Assembly (NCBI GenBank): GCA_022562295.1
Contig: JADFPO010000006.1
Location: 4,477-68,476 of the forward strand
Length of the DNA stretch: 64,000 nt
Direction of reading: 5' to 3'
Source of the DNA: Gemmatimonadota bacterium
Lineage (GTDB): Bacteria; Gemmatimonadota; Gemmatimonadetes; Gemmatimonadales; GWC2-71-9
The translations under genes were made by a program, and so were the position numbers. This document shows, piece after piece, positions 11,534 through 19,562 of the stretch (position 1 is its first letter; each line of letters opens with the position of its first letter). The notes beneath the pieces are model-generated. The model had not been told where the DNA came from and made no database searches. It saw only the letters and a list, made by a program, of their open reading frames with translations.

Positions 11534-12142
11534 TCAGTACTTGCGGATCACCCCCACGACAACCCCCTGGATAATGAGATTGCTTTCGTGGGTTCTTATG
11601 GCTGGTAAGTCGCCGTTGGCTGGCTGGAGGCGGACCCATCCGCCACTCTCGCGATAGAGCCGCTTCACCGTGGCGGAAGTGCCATCCACCAATGCGATGA
11701 TGGTTTCGCCGTTATCGGCCGTATTGCGGCTATTGACCACGACATAATCGCCGTCGCAAATGTGTTCGTCGATCATGGAGTCGCCCCGCACCTTGAGCAC
11801 GTAGCTCGCCCCGCGGCGGGGGATCAAGTCGTTGGGGACGGCAATCGTCTCGGAAGTGGTGACCGCTTCAATCGGCTCGCCTGCCGCCACCTCGCCCAGC
11901 AGGGGCAATTCGGTCGCGCTCGCGTGACCGGGCTCGGGCACCAGCTCGATGCCTCGGCTCTCGTTGTGGTTGCGCCTGATAAACCCTTTTTGCTCCAGGT
12001 TAGTCAGGTGTTCGTGCACCGTTGCGAGGGAACTGAAAGAAAAATGCGCGGCAATTTCCTCAAACGAGGGCGCATATTGATGTTCCTCGATGTAATCGGC
12101 GAGGTACGTAAGGATTTGGCGTTGTCTGCGAGTAAGCGGCAT
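11534..12142 (-). CDS. lexA: LexA repressor
   Basis: 202 aa with a winged-HTH N-terminus, the Ala-Gly cleavage site (EVAAGEPIEA), and the S24 peptidase Ser (VRGDSM) and Lys (ATVKRL). Confidence 0.9.
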   Translation of the reverse strand: MPLTRRQRQILTYLADYIEEHQYAPSFEEIAAHFSFSSLATVHEHLTNLEQKGFIRRNHNESRGIELVPEPGHASATELPLLGEVAAGEPIEAVTTSETIAVPNDLIPRRGASYVLKVRGDSMIDEHICDGDYVVVNSRNTADNGETIIALVDGTSATVKRLYRESGGWVRLQPANGDLPAIRTHESNLIIQGVVVGVIRKY

Positions 12143-12171
12143 GGCGCGTTGCCCGAAAGAAGTCCGAAGCC

Positions 12172-12200
12172 ATTATACCCGAAGACATCCCGAAATGCAA
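12172..12200 (-). promoter_or_regulatory. candidate lexA promoter (TTGCAT-17 nt-TATAAT)
   Basis: The minus strand reads cTTGCAtttcgggatgtcttcgggTATAATggcttcgg. The -10 element is at 12172-12177 and the -35 at 12195-12200, about 30 nt upstream of the lexA ATG. Confidence 0.5.
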
Positions 12201-12351
12201 GGGAGGGGTAAGGCGGCTTGACCGTCTGGGCCACAGGAATTGTGTGATTGCCGACCGGAACAGCGCAAAGTACGGCGGTTATATTAGGGCCGTCGCATGA
12301 TTAGGGAATCTCGGGTGCGACTTTTCTGCTCCACGCATAGCGCGCCCGCAC

Positions 12352-14046
12352 TTGGAGGACATCCACCGCGTGACCGACACGGCGACAACTGAGGCAGCGG
12401 TCCAGCAGGCTGTCGGAGATGTGGTACACACGATCGTGAAGGGATTACGGGCCGTACAGCTGTACTTGCCCAATAATCCGATGTACGAGCAAGCGAAACA
12501 GAAAATAGTCGAGTCCTTCCGGGCCGCATGGCAAGTGACGCAGGAAATCGAACTCGAGGTGACCGACACCGAGATCCGCTGGCAGGGACAGCCCATGTCG
12601 TCGCAGCCGGAAGAAACGGAGCAGATCGCGCGTTTGCTCTTCGAAGACGGCATGCGCGAATTGCGATTCCTAGAGGGGGTCGAAGAGGAAGAGATCCTCA
12701 AGTTTCTCCTCGTGTTGACGAGGGTCCGCACGTTGCCACCAGATGCGGAAGACGATCTGATGACCCTGCTGTGGGATGAAGATTTCATGTACGTCCGCTA
12801 CGAGGTCATCGAGTTGGGGGACGAAGAAGGTGACAACATCGGGCCGGCCACGAGTTCACCGCCCAACGCCGGCAAGGTGCGAGAAGAGGTTGCGCAGGAA
12901 TTGGCCGAGGCGGAGCAGTCCTCGGAGGAGTTTACGTCCATCGAGACCTCCGATTCCACCCTGTACGAACTACAACCCGATGAAGTCGCCTACCTGAACC
13001 AAGAAATCGAACGCGAATACGATATCGACCTGCGGGCCAACGTCCTGGCCATACTGTTCGATATCTTCGAGGTACAAACGGGACACGATGTTCGCCATGA
13101 GCTGATCTCGATCCTGGAAGGCTTTCTGCCGCACCTCCTCGCCGCGCGTGACTTCGACTCGGTCATTTACTTGCTCCGCGAGGCGAGGATCGTTCGAGGG
13201 CGGGCGAAGGACCTGGTCGTCGACCAGGGGGAGCGCTTGGGCTCGCTTCCAAAACTGCTGCTCGAACCCGACAAGTTCGGACAGTTGCTGGAGGCGGTCG
13301 AACTGCGCGAGTCGAGCGCCAACGAAGCCGAACTCGAGCGGCTCTTCGGGGCGCTGCCGACCAATACGTTCGAAACGGCGTTGGAGTGGCTTCCCCGGCT
13401 CAAGATGGAGAGAACGAGGGACCTGCTCGAGGATGCCCTCCTTCAGATGGCGATCGCGCAGCCTGAGCTCGTGAAATCGGCACTGACGTCAAACAGCGAA
13501 GACGTCGTTCCGATGGCCGTCCGGTTCACCCAGACCTTAGGGCTTCCCCTCTTTGTGCCGAACCTCGGGGCGCTGTTGGTGCATGAAGACCACGAACTAC
13601 GGTCGCAAGTCGTCACCGCGCTCGAGGTGATCGGTACGTTGGACGCGTTCAAGGAATTGGTGAAGGCGCTCGACGACGGCGTCCGCGACATTCGGATTGC
13701 CGTGGTGCGAATCCTTTCCGAGCGCAAATACCAAGGCGCGTTCGACCAAGTGTATGCACGAGTGGTTGGCGGTGAGATCAAGGACGCTGATCTCACGGAG
13801 AAGAAGGCCTTCTTCGAAGCATACGGCGTGTTGTCTGGTCCGGACGGTGTGAGCCATCTCGTGCCCATGTTGCTGCCGCGGGGGTTCATGAAGCGGAAGG
13901 AAGACCCTGAGATCCGCGCTTGCGCCGCGATGGCGCTCGGGAAGATCGGGACACCCGATGCCGTCGCCGTCCTCGAGCAGGCGGCTCGTGACAAAGATCC
14001 GTTGGTGCGCAACGCGATAAAGCAGGCCATCCAGGAGGTCAAGTAA
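12352..14046 (+). CDS. HEAT-repeat protein
   Basis: 564 aa, acidic. The C-terminal third has clear HEAT/PBS-lyase-type repeats (DHELRSQVVTALEVIG, DPEIRACAAMALGKIGTPDAV, DKDPLVRNAIKQAI). The track start is a TTG and the true start is uncertain. Confidence 0.7.
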   Translation: MEDIHRVTDTATTEAAVQQAVGDVVHTIVKGLRAVQLYLPNNPMYEQAKQKIVESFRAAWQVTQEIELEVTDTEIRWQGQPMSSQPEETEQIARLLFEDGMRELRFLEGVEEEEILKFLLVLTRVRTLPPDAEDDLMTLLWDEDFMYVRYEVIELGDEEGDNIGPATSSPPNAGKVREEVAQELAEAEQSSEEFTSIETSDSTLYELQPDEVAYLNQEIEREYDIDLRANVLAILFDIFEVQTGHDVRHELISILEGFLPHLLAARDFDSVIYLLREARIVRGRAKDLVVDQGERLGSLPKLLLEPDKFGQLLEAVELRESSANEAELERLFGALPTNTFETALEWLPRLKMERTRDLLEDALLQMAIAQPELVKSALTSNSEDVVPMAVRFTQTLGLPLFVPNLGALLVHEDHELRSQVVTALEVIGTLDAFKELVKALDDGVRDIRIAVVRILSERKYQGAFDQVYARVVGGEIKDADLTEKKAFFEAYGVLSGPDGVSHLVPMLLPRGFMKRKEDPEIRACAAMALGKIGTPDAVAVLEQAARDKDPLVRNAIKQAIQEVK

Positions 14047-14047
14047 C

Positions 14048-15523
14048 GTGACCGGCCCCGAACGTGCTTCGCTCACGACGGCCGTCGATCATATCGAGTC
14101 GGTTCACCGGCTACAGGGGCGTGAATTCGTCGCGCATTTCGGAGCCACGCTTCGAATCCTCAAGATGTACCCCCTCGAAAACGCACAGGCACAACGGGCA
14201 CTGAGTCAATTGGCAGAAGCTGCACGGAAGCTGCTTCAGGTCGATGCCATTCTGGAAATGCAGGTAACCGGGGAGTTCGTCTTCATCAATCGCACCAGAC
14301 TCCGCTTGGCGTTGGATCAATCCGCTTCGCTCGGCAACGTGCTGAACACGTTTCGTCAGGGGGGGATCGGCATCATGACGATCGACGAGGCGGTGAGCCG
14401 AGAGGAATGGCAGGCTCTAGTGACCGTGCTCGTTGGAGTGCAACCGCGGGAAGACGATCCCGATTATGTGGGGGAACTTCAGGAGCAGTTGGCCAGTAAG
14501 GAAGTGGAGCATATTACCCTGGGAGCCCCGACCGCTCCACCGGAAGAAGAGGGGGAGCAACTCGACGCCGAAGAGCGGGCCAAGCAACTCGCGAAGCGGA
14601 CCTACCAGCGATCGGTTGCGGTGTCCAAGGCCGTGGTCAACAGCGTGCGGATGGGCAAGAGTGGTGCGGTCCCCAAGATGAAACGGGCGGTGCAGGGAAT
14701 CGTCGACCAAGTGCTGAACAACGAGTTATCGTTGGTCGGGCTCACCGCCATTCGTGACTACGACGAGTACACCTTCACGCATTCCGTCAACGTCTGCATC
14801 TTCTCTGTAGCCATCGGGAAACGGCTCGGGTTGCGTAAGCGCCAACTCTACGATTTGGGCATTGCCGCGTTGATGCATGACATCGGCAAGAGCAGGATCC
14901 CCCTGGAGATGATCACGAAGGCGGGGGCGCTCACGGAAGAAGAGTGGCAGATGATGCAGAACCATCCGTGGTATGGCGTGCTTGCGCTTTTTGGGATGCA
15001 GCGCGGGCGGGAAATTCAATACCGCGGGATCATCACGGCCTACGAGCACCACATGAAGGTCGACGTCACCGGGTACCCCAAACCCGTGCGCCGACGCAAC
15101 CTGACGCTCTTCTCGAAAATCGTGGCGGTCGCGGACGGATTCGACGCCGCCACAACTCGCCGTTCGTATCAAGATCCGATACAGCCGGACGATGTGTTGC
15201 GGGAAATGTGGAATAACCGCCGACGCGGGTTCGATCCGGTGTTGGTAAAGAATCTGGTGAACCTGGTTGGTGTGTATCCGGTGGGTACCTGCGTCATCCT
15301 CGACACACGAGAAATCGCTGTTGTGCAGGGTCGCGATCCCGATTCGGAGCACATGGACCGGCCGGTGGTGAAGGTGGTCCTGACGGTGGACGGGGAATAT
15401 TTGAATCCTGCACCTTCCGTGGACCTGTCGGAGCTAGGGCCCGGCGGCCGGTTCAAGCGGTCGATTCTCAAGGTGACCAATCCGGCAAAGTACGATATCA
15501 AACCCGGTGACGTGTTGAAGTGA
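14048..15523 (+). CDS. HD-GYP domain protein (putative c-di-GMP phosphodiesterase)
   Basis: 491 aa with HSVNV...LMHDIGKSRIP...YEHHMKVDVTGYPK (HD...HHE-like...GYP). The GTG start lies 1 nt after the HEAT gene stop. Confidence 0.8.
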   Translation: MTGPERASLTTAVDHIESVHRLQGREFVAHFGATLRILKMYPLENAQAQRALSQLAEAARKLLQVDAILEMQVTGEFVFINRTRLRLALDQSASLGNVLNTFRQGGIGIMTIDEAVSREEWQALVTVLVGVQPREDDPDYVGELQEQLASKEVEHITLGAPTAPPEEEGEQLDAEERAKQLAKRTYQRSVAVSKAVVNSVRMGKSGAVPKMKRAVQGIVDQVLNNELSLVGLTAIRDYDEYTFTHSVNVCIFSVAIGKRLGLRKRQLYDLGIAALMHDIGKSRIPLEMITKAGALTEEEWQMMQNHPWYGVLALFGMQRGREIQYRGIITAYEHHMKVDVTGYPKPVRRRNLTLFSKIVAVADGFDAATTRRSYQDPIQPDDVLREMWNNRRRGFDPVLVKNLVNLVGVYPVGTCVILDTREIAVVQGRDPDSEHMDRPVVKVVLTVDGEYLNPAPSVDLSELGPGGRFKRSILKVTNPAKYDIKPGDVLK

Positions 15524-15607
15524 GTCACTGACCGTGTTCTGGTAGGGCGGTCACACCTCTGCATCGTCCTGCAACGCGATACAACGCCATCGAGAGCGAG
15601 CCTCGAT

Positions 15608-15985
15608 ATGACCCAGGACTGCATTTCGCTGAAGGCGATGCGGTTTCATACATGCGTCGGTCTGCTTCCCCACGAAGAGCACGTGCCGCAGCCATTGGAA
15701 CTCGATCTCACGGTTTGGCTCTCATTGCGACAGGTGGGCGAGACCGATTCTCCTGACGCCCTGCTCGACTACCGGCGTCTCTACCAGATGGTCGCCGACA
15801 CCGTCGGGGAGAGCCACCATACGCTGCTCGAGGCGCTGTGCGAGAAGGTGGCCGCAAAGGCGTTAGAGATGGGCTTGGTGGAACGCGTGCGTATAGCCGC
15901 CCGCAAACCGCATGCACCCATCGACGGTCCGCTGGATTACGTGGAGGTCGTCGTCGACCGAGTCAACGATTCCGCCGGTGCTTGA
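15608..15985 (+). CDS. folB: dihydroneopterin aldolase
   Basis: 125 aa with a FolB-like sequence (LKAMRFHTCVGLLPHEEHVPQPLELDL...DYRRLYQ). Confidence 0.85.
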   Translation: MTQDCISLKAMRFHTCVGLLPHEEHVPQPLELDLTVWLSLRQVGETDSPDALLDYRRLYQMVADTVGESHHTLLEALCEKVAAKALEMGLVERVRIAARKPHAPIDGPLDYVEVVVDRVNDSAGA

Positions 15986-16925
15986 GTGGGCGTTCGTAGC
16001 GCTGGGTTCCAATCTCGGTGACCGGTTGCACAACTTGGCCCTGGGGCGCCGCAAGCTGGCGGGGCTTGTCGGCACCGCGGTGGTCGCTGAGAGCCGGGTT
16101 GAAGAAACCGAGCCCGTTGGCGGGGTGGCACAAGGGGATTTTCTCAACCAGATGGTCTTGCTGCGCACCGAGCGTTCCGCCGAGGAACTTCTGCGCGCCG
16201 GACATGAAGCGGAACGCGAAGCCGGGCGCGTCCCCTCCGAGCGGTGGGGCCCGCGAGCGCTTGACGTGGACATCGTGCGGTTTGGCGAGCACATCATCCG
16301 CGAACCCCACATTACCGTGCCACATCCGGAGCTGCCTCACCGGCCGTTCTGGCTTCGGGAATTGGCGGAACTGCTGCCACACGTGACGCAACTCGTCTTG
16401 CCCGTTTGGGCCCAGGTCGGGCCCAAGCGACGCGGACATATCCTCCGTGTGGCAGCGCTAGTAGAGACTTGGGCGATCGCGATGAGCCGGACGCCCGACG
16501 AACGATCGCGTTGGGTGCGTGCCGCACTGGGCCACGACGCTGTGCGCGATGCTCCTCCCGAAGATTTGGCGCGCTGGGCCGACGGCAAATGGGGCATACC
16601 GGCGCTGTACCATGGCGCCGCGGCTGCGCATGTGGCGCGAGACCACGGCGAAACCGATCCAGGCGTGCTGGATGCAATGACGTACCACAGCGTGGGGTAC
16701 GTCGGTTGGGACGAAGTTGGCCGTATGCTCTTCATGGCCGATTGTCTCGAGCCGGGCCGCAAGTTCAGGCGGCAGCGCCGCGCGGCACTCGCCGCACAGG
16801 TTCCGGACGATCCCGCAGGCGTGCTGGCTCACGTCGTGCGAATGCGCTTGAAGTGGGCGTTGAAGCACCGCCACCCCATCCTCCCCGAAGGAGCGGAGTT
16901 CTGGAACGACGTCCTCTCGTCGTAG
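15978..16925 (+). CDS. folK: HPPK (FolK) fused to a YqeK-like HD-domain hydrolase
   Basis: The N-terminal half is HPPK (AFVALGSNLGDR...GPRALDVDIV...VPHPELPHRPFWL). The C-terminal half aligns by eye to B. subtilis YqeK (GHD...LYHGAAAAHVARDHG...DAMTYHSVG...LFMADCLEPGR). It is one continuous frame, and the GTG start overlaps the folB end by 8 nt. Confidence 0.8.
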   Translation: MLEWAFVALGSNLGDRLHNLALGRRKLAGLVGTAVVAESRVEETEPVGGVAQGDFLNQMVLLRTERSAEELLRAGHEAEREAGRVPSERWGPRALDVDIVRFGEHIIREPHITVPHPELPHRPFWLRELAELLPHVTQLVLPVWAQVGPKRRGHILRVAALVETWAIAMSRTPDERSRWVRAALGHDAVRDAPPEDLARWADGKWGIPALYHGAAAAHVARDHGETDPGVLDAMTYHSVGYVGWDEVGRMLFMADCLEPGRKFRRQRRAALAAQVPDDPAGVLAHVVRMRLKWALKHRHPILPEGAEFWNDVLSS

Positions 16926-16933
16926 CTCTGGGT

Positions 16934-17329
16934 ATGACGACCGCCATCCTGCTCGTGGCCGGAACCTGGTGGGCCACCCACAGGACGCCGATGGAATTCC
17001 GTGGCCCGCGGATACCGGGAGACGAGGCGGAGCACCATGTCACCGTAGAGGTGCTGAACGGCACGACGATCGACGGACTAGCGAGCCGTGTGACTCGCCA
17101 GCTGCGGCAACAGGGGATCGACGTGGTGTTCTACGGATCGGCCGGTACGACCGAAGCCGGCTCGACGCTCATCGTGGCACGCAGGGGGGACATGACGGCT
17201 GCCCGCGAAGTACGCGACGCGCTCGGCCTAGGCACGGTGTCGAGCGATCCGCAGGCTCAGTTGCTGTTGGATGTCACCGTCATCCTCGGGCGCGATGCAG
17301 ATTCAGTTTCTCTTTCGACCCGCAACTGA
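16934..17329 (+). CDS. LytR_C (LytR cell-envelope-related C-terminal) domain protein
   Basis: From the internal ATG there is one TM segment (MTTAILLVAGTWWA), followed by VTVEVLNGTTIDGLASRVTRQLRQQGIDVV...VTVILGRD, which is typical of the LytR_C domain. Confidence 0.6.
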   Translation: MTTAILLVAGTWWATHRTPMEFRGPRIPGDEAEHHVTVEVLNGTTIDGLASRVTRQLRQQGIDVVFYGSAGTTEAGSTLIVARRGDMTAAREVRDALGLGTVSSDPQAQLLLDVTVILGRDADSVSLSTRN

Positions 17330-18324
17330 CCGCACGCAGCGCTGATATCCATGCCTCGACTGCGCCGCACCGTGACCCTCACGCCGAGGTCGCGCAGCCA
17401 GCGAGCGAAGCGCTTGATGTCGGCAGGCGGGGATGTATTGAACCCAGGCGCCCCACCGGGGTGGAGCGGGAGAAGGTTCACCAGGGCACCGACCTGGCGG
17501 GCGAGTTGTGCCAGTGTTGCGGCGTTCTCTCTTGAGTCGTTGACGTTTTCGATCATCACGTATTCGAAGGTCACGCGTCGGGAAAACGCGCTCAGGGCCG
17601 GGATCAGGTGATCCAGCGCATATTTGCGCTCCACCGGCATGAGACTCGCCCGTAGCTCGCTCGTAGCCGCGTGCAATGAAATCGCGAGCCGAAACTGCTC
17701 AGGACGGGCCGCGAGGCGTGCGAGGTTCGGGATGATTCCAACGGTGCTGACCGTGATATGACGTGCGCCGATGCCAAGTCCGGATGGATCGTTCAGAATC
17801 GTGAGCGCCGTGTCGACGGCCTTCCAGTTGTGGAGCGGTTCGCCCATCCCCATGAAAACGACGTTGGTCGGCTTTTCGAAGTCCGGCATCAGCCGCAGCT
17901 CTCGCAGTTGCGCCGCAATCTCCCATGGGTCGAGATTCCGCGTGAATCCCATGCGCCCTGTGGCACAAAACACACACCCGAAGGCACACCCTACCTGGGA
18001 GGATATGCACAGCGTGCGGCGCCTTCCCTCCGGGATCAAAACGGACTCCACGGACGAGCCGTCGGGCAATCGCCACAGGAACTTCACCGTCCCATCGGAC
18101 GAGGTTTGTCGCGTGTCGAGCTGGAGACGGGGAATCGGCGCCGCCTGGCCCAAAGCCGCGACCGTCGAGCTAGGAAGGTCAGTTGCATCCTCCCAACTCG
18201 CGACAGGCCGCTGCCACAGCCACGGGAATATCTGTCGCGCGCGGTAGGCCGGTTCTCCGCGTGCGGCGACCCAGGTGGCTATCAGTTGTTGCGCTTCGGA
18301 TGGCGCGACATCGAGCAAGTTCAC
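17257..18324 (-). CDS. rlmN: 23S rRNA/tRNA (adenine-C2)-methyltransferase RlmN
   Basis: 355 aa with the radical-SAM motif GCAFGCVFCATG, YRARQIF at the N-terminus and ACGQL near the C-terminus. The GTG start overlaps the upstream stop (GTGA at 18321-18324). Confidence 0.9.
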   Translation of the reverse strand: MNLLDVAPSEAQQLIATWVAARGEPAYRARQIFPWLWQRPVASWEDATDLPSSTVAALGQAAPIPRLQLDTRQTSSDGTVKFLWRLPDGSSVESVLIPEGRRRTLCISSQVGCAFGCVFCATGRMGFTRNLDPWEIAAQLRELRLMPDFEKPTNVVFMGMGEPLHNWKAVDTALTILNDPSGLGIGARHITVSTVGIIPNLARLAARPEQFRLAISLHAATSELRASLMPVERKYALDHLIPALSAFSRRVTFEYVMIENVNDSRENAATLAQLARQVGALVNLLPLHPGGAPGFNTSPPADIKRFARWLRDLGVRVTVRRSRGMDISAACGQLRVERETESASRPRMTVTSNSN

Positions 18325-19205
18325 TGTAGCACGACGTCGAGTGCGAACCGGTACAGGGCACCCAGACCGTTGAGCCCGTTACTTCTCGCCGCAGCGATGG
18401 AGTAGCGTCCGAGCCCCAAACCGATCTGGAGCGCGGGACGCCAAGCGGCATCGCCAAACGCCACCTCCCTGGTCACCGCGCCGTCGACCGTCAACAGATC
18501 GGCGATCAAGAGCCCTCCTCCGAAGGAGTGCTCCAGTCCATGGGGATCGCGGTAACTGGCGCCGTAGCGCGTTGTGACCTTCGTTCCATAGCCCCACAAC
18601 GAGATCTCGGCGGTGCGGTATTCGAGGGCCCCGTAATAATCGGTGGTGTTGTCCGCCCGGAATGTCACCGGAAAGAAATGCGTGGCACCTGCTATGATCA
18701 TCCGCTCTGAGGGCGCGAAGCGAAACCCAACGTCGACGGTCGCACCGGTGCTCCGGACGGCGTCGAACCTCGACTCGTGGCCTCGCAACGCCCCGCCGGC
18801 GCTCAAGGCCCCGAGTCGGACACCGACGTGTACCCCGGCGAGTTGCTCGTATACCGGAATGGATCCCAGTTCACTCAGCGGAGACGCGGTCGTTCGCACG
18901 AGGTCGCTCACTTCCACGCGGCCCAAGATGGCACCCACGAGCACCGCCCCATTCGCCTGGTGGCTAATGCCCGCAAGGATGCCCGACAGCGCCAGGGCAT
19001 CGGGAGTCTGAAGGATCTGGATGCCGACCCGCGTCGAACCGGTGGAGACCTGAGGTGCGGGGTTCCAGAATGCGCCGGTCGGCCCCCCCTGGAGCGCGGC
19101 GGGTGCCGCGAGTGTTGCCGTCGCCACTCGCCACATTTCGGCCGACAGTGGAGCCTGCGCCCGAACCGGAGCGGCCCATACCACGACTAGCACTGCCAAT
19201 TTCAT
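18321..19205 (-). CDS. secreted protein, putative outer-membrane beta-barrel
   Basis: I trimmed the start to MKLAVLVVVWAAPVRAQA (signal peptide). The rest is rich in alternating Gly/aromatic beta-strand-like segments. I do not recognise the family. Confidence 0.4.
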   Translation of the reverse strand: MKLAVLVVVWAAPVRAQAPLSAEMWRVATATLAAPAALQGGPTGAFWNPAPQVSTGSTRVGIQILQTPDALALSGILAGISHQANGAVLVGAILGRVEVSDLVRTTASPLSELGSIPVYEQLAGVHVGVRLGALSAGGALRGHESRFDAVRSTGATVDVGFRFAPSERMIIAGATHFFPVTFRADNTTDYYGALEYRTAEISLWGYGTKVTTRYGASYRDPHGLEHSFGGGLLIADLLTVDGAVTREVAFGDAAWRPALQIGLGLGRYSIAAARSNGLNGLGALYRFALDVVLQ

Positions 19206-19562
19206 CACGTCCGAAGCTCGATGGACCCCGCTCACGTGTCAAGCAGGATCGTGGCTGTCCGGCCGCGATTCGTCACCACCGCTTGGTGGAGCGGCACCGA
19301 AGGATCCCCGAGCTCACCGGGCATCCCGCTAACGGCTTGCTGGCTTTTCTGAGGGCCATTATGTTGAAGCGGTTACAGAACTTGGCTGGCCCCGTGGTCC
19401 GAAGGCTTCCCCGGCGTCGGACCAGAAAGCGTTAGCGTACGCAGATCATAGCTTCGAGCCGAACTCCCTGGCTCCACGGCGGCATATTCCGCGAACGGTG
19501 GTTCGAGGAGGCAGGGGATATTCGGTCCCCGTGCAGGCCGTGACGCAACAACCCGCGATCAT

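Noticed and set aside
12150-12170. GAAAGAAGTCCGAAGCC, which resembles the RNase P RNA P4 'GGAAAGUCCGG' core.
   Set aside because: It sits in a 209-nt promoter region between lexA and the HEAT gene, which is too short for RNase P RNA, and the other conserved helices are absent. It is better explained as part of the TTCGG repeat set.
12279-14076. Long antisense ORFs (12279..12788, 13443..14042 and 13597..14076, all minus strand) opposite the HEAT-repeat gene.
   Set aside because: They are Ser/Arg/Cys-rich low-complexity translations with no motifs. The sense frame has recognisable HEAT repeats and is coupled to the HD-GYP gene.
19236-19562. The 327-nt divergent intergenic region before aspS. 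It contains a GGTCCGA...TCGGACC hairpin (about 19403-19430), a basic 24-aa mini-ORF (MLKRLQNLAGPVVRRLPRRRTRKR), and a vague resemblance to the SRP RNA 'GUCCGGAAGG' motif.
   Set aside because: The motif match to SRP RNA domain IV is poor. The mini-ORF matches no ribosomal or leader peptide I know, and no T-box-like features are present. There is too little evidence to call an ncRNA.
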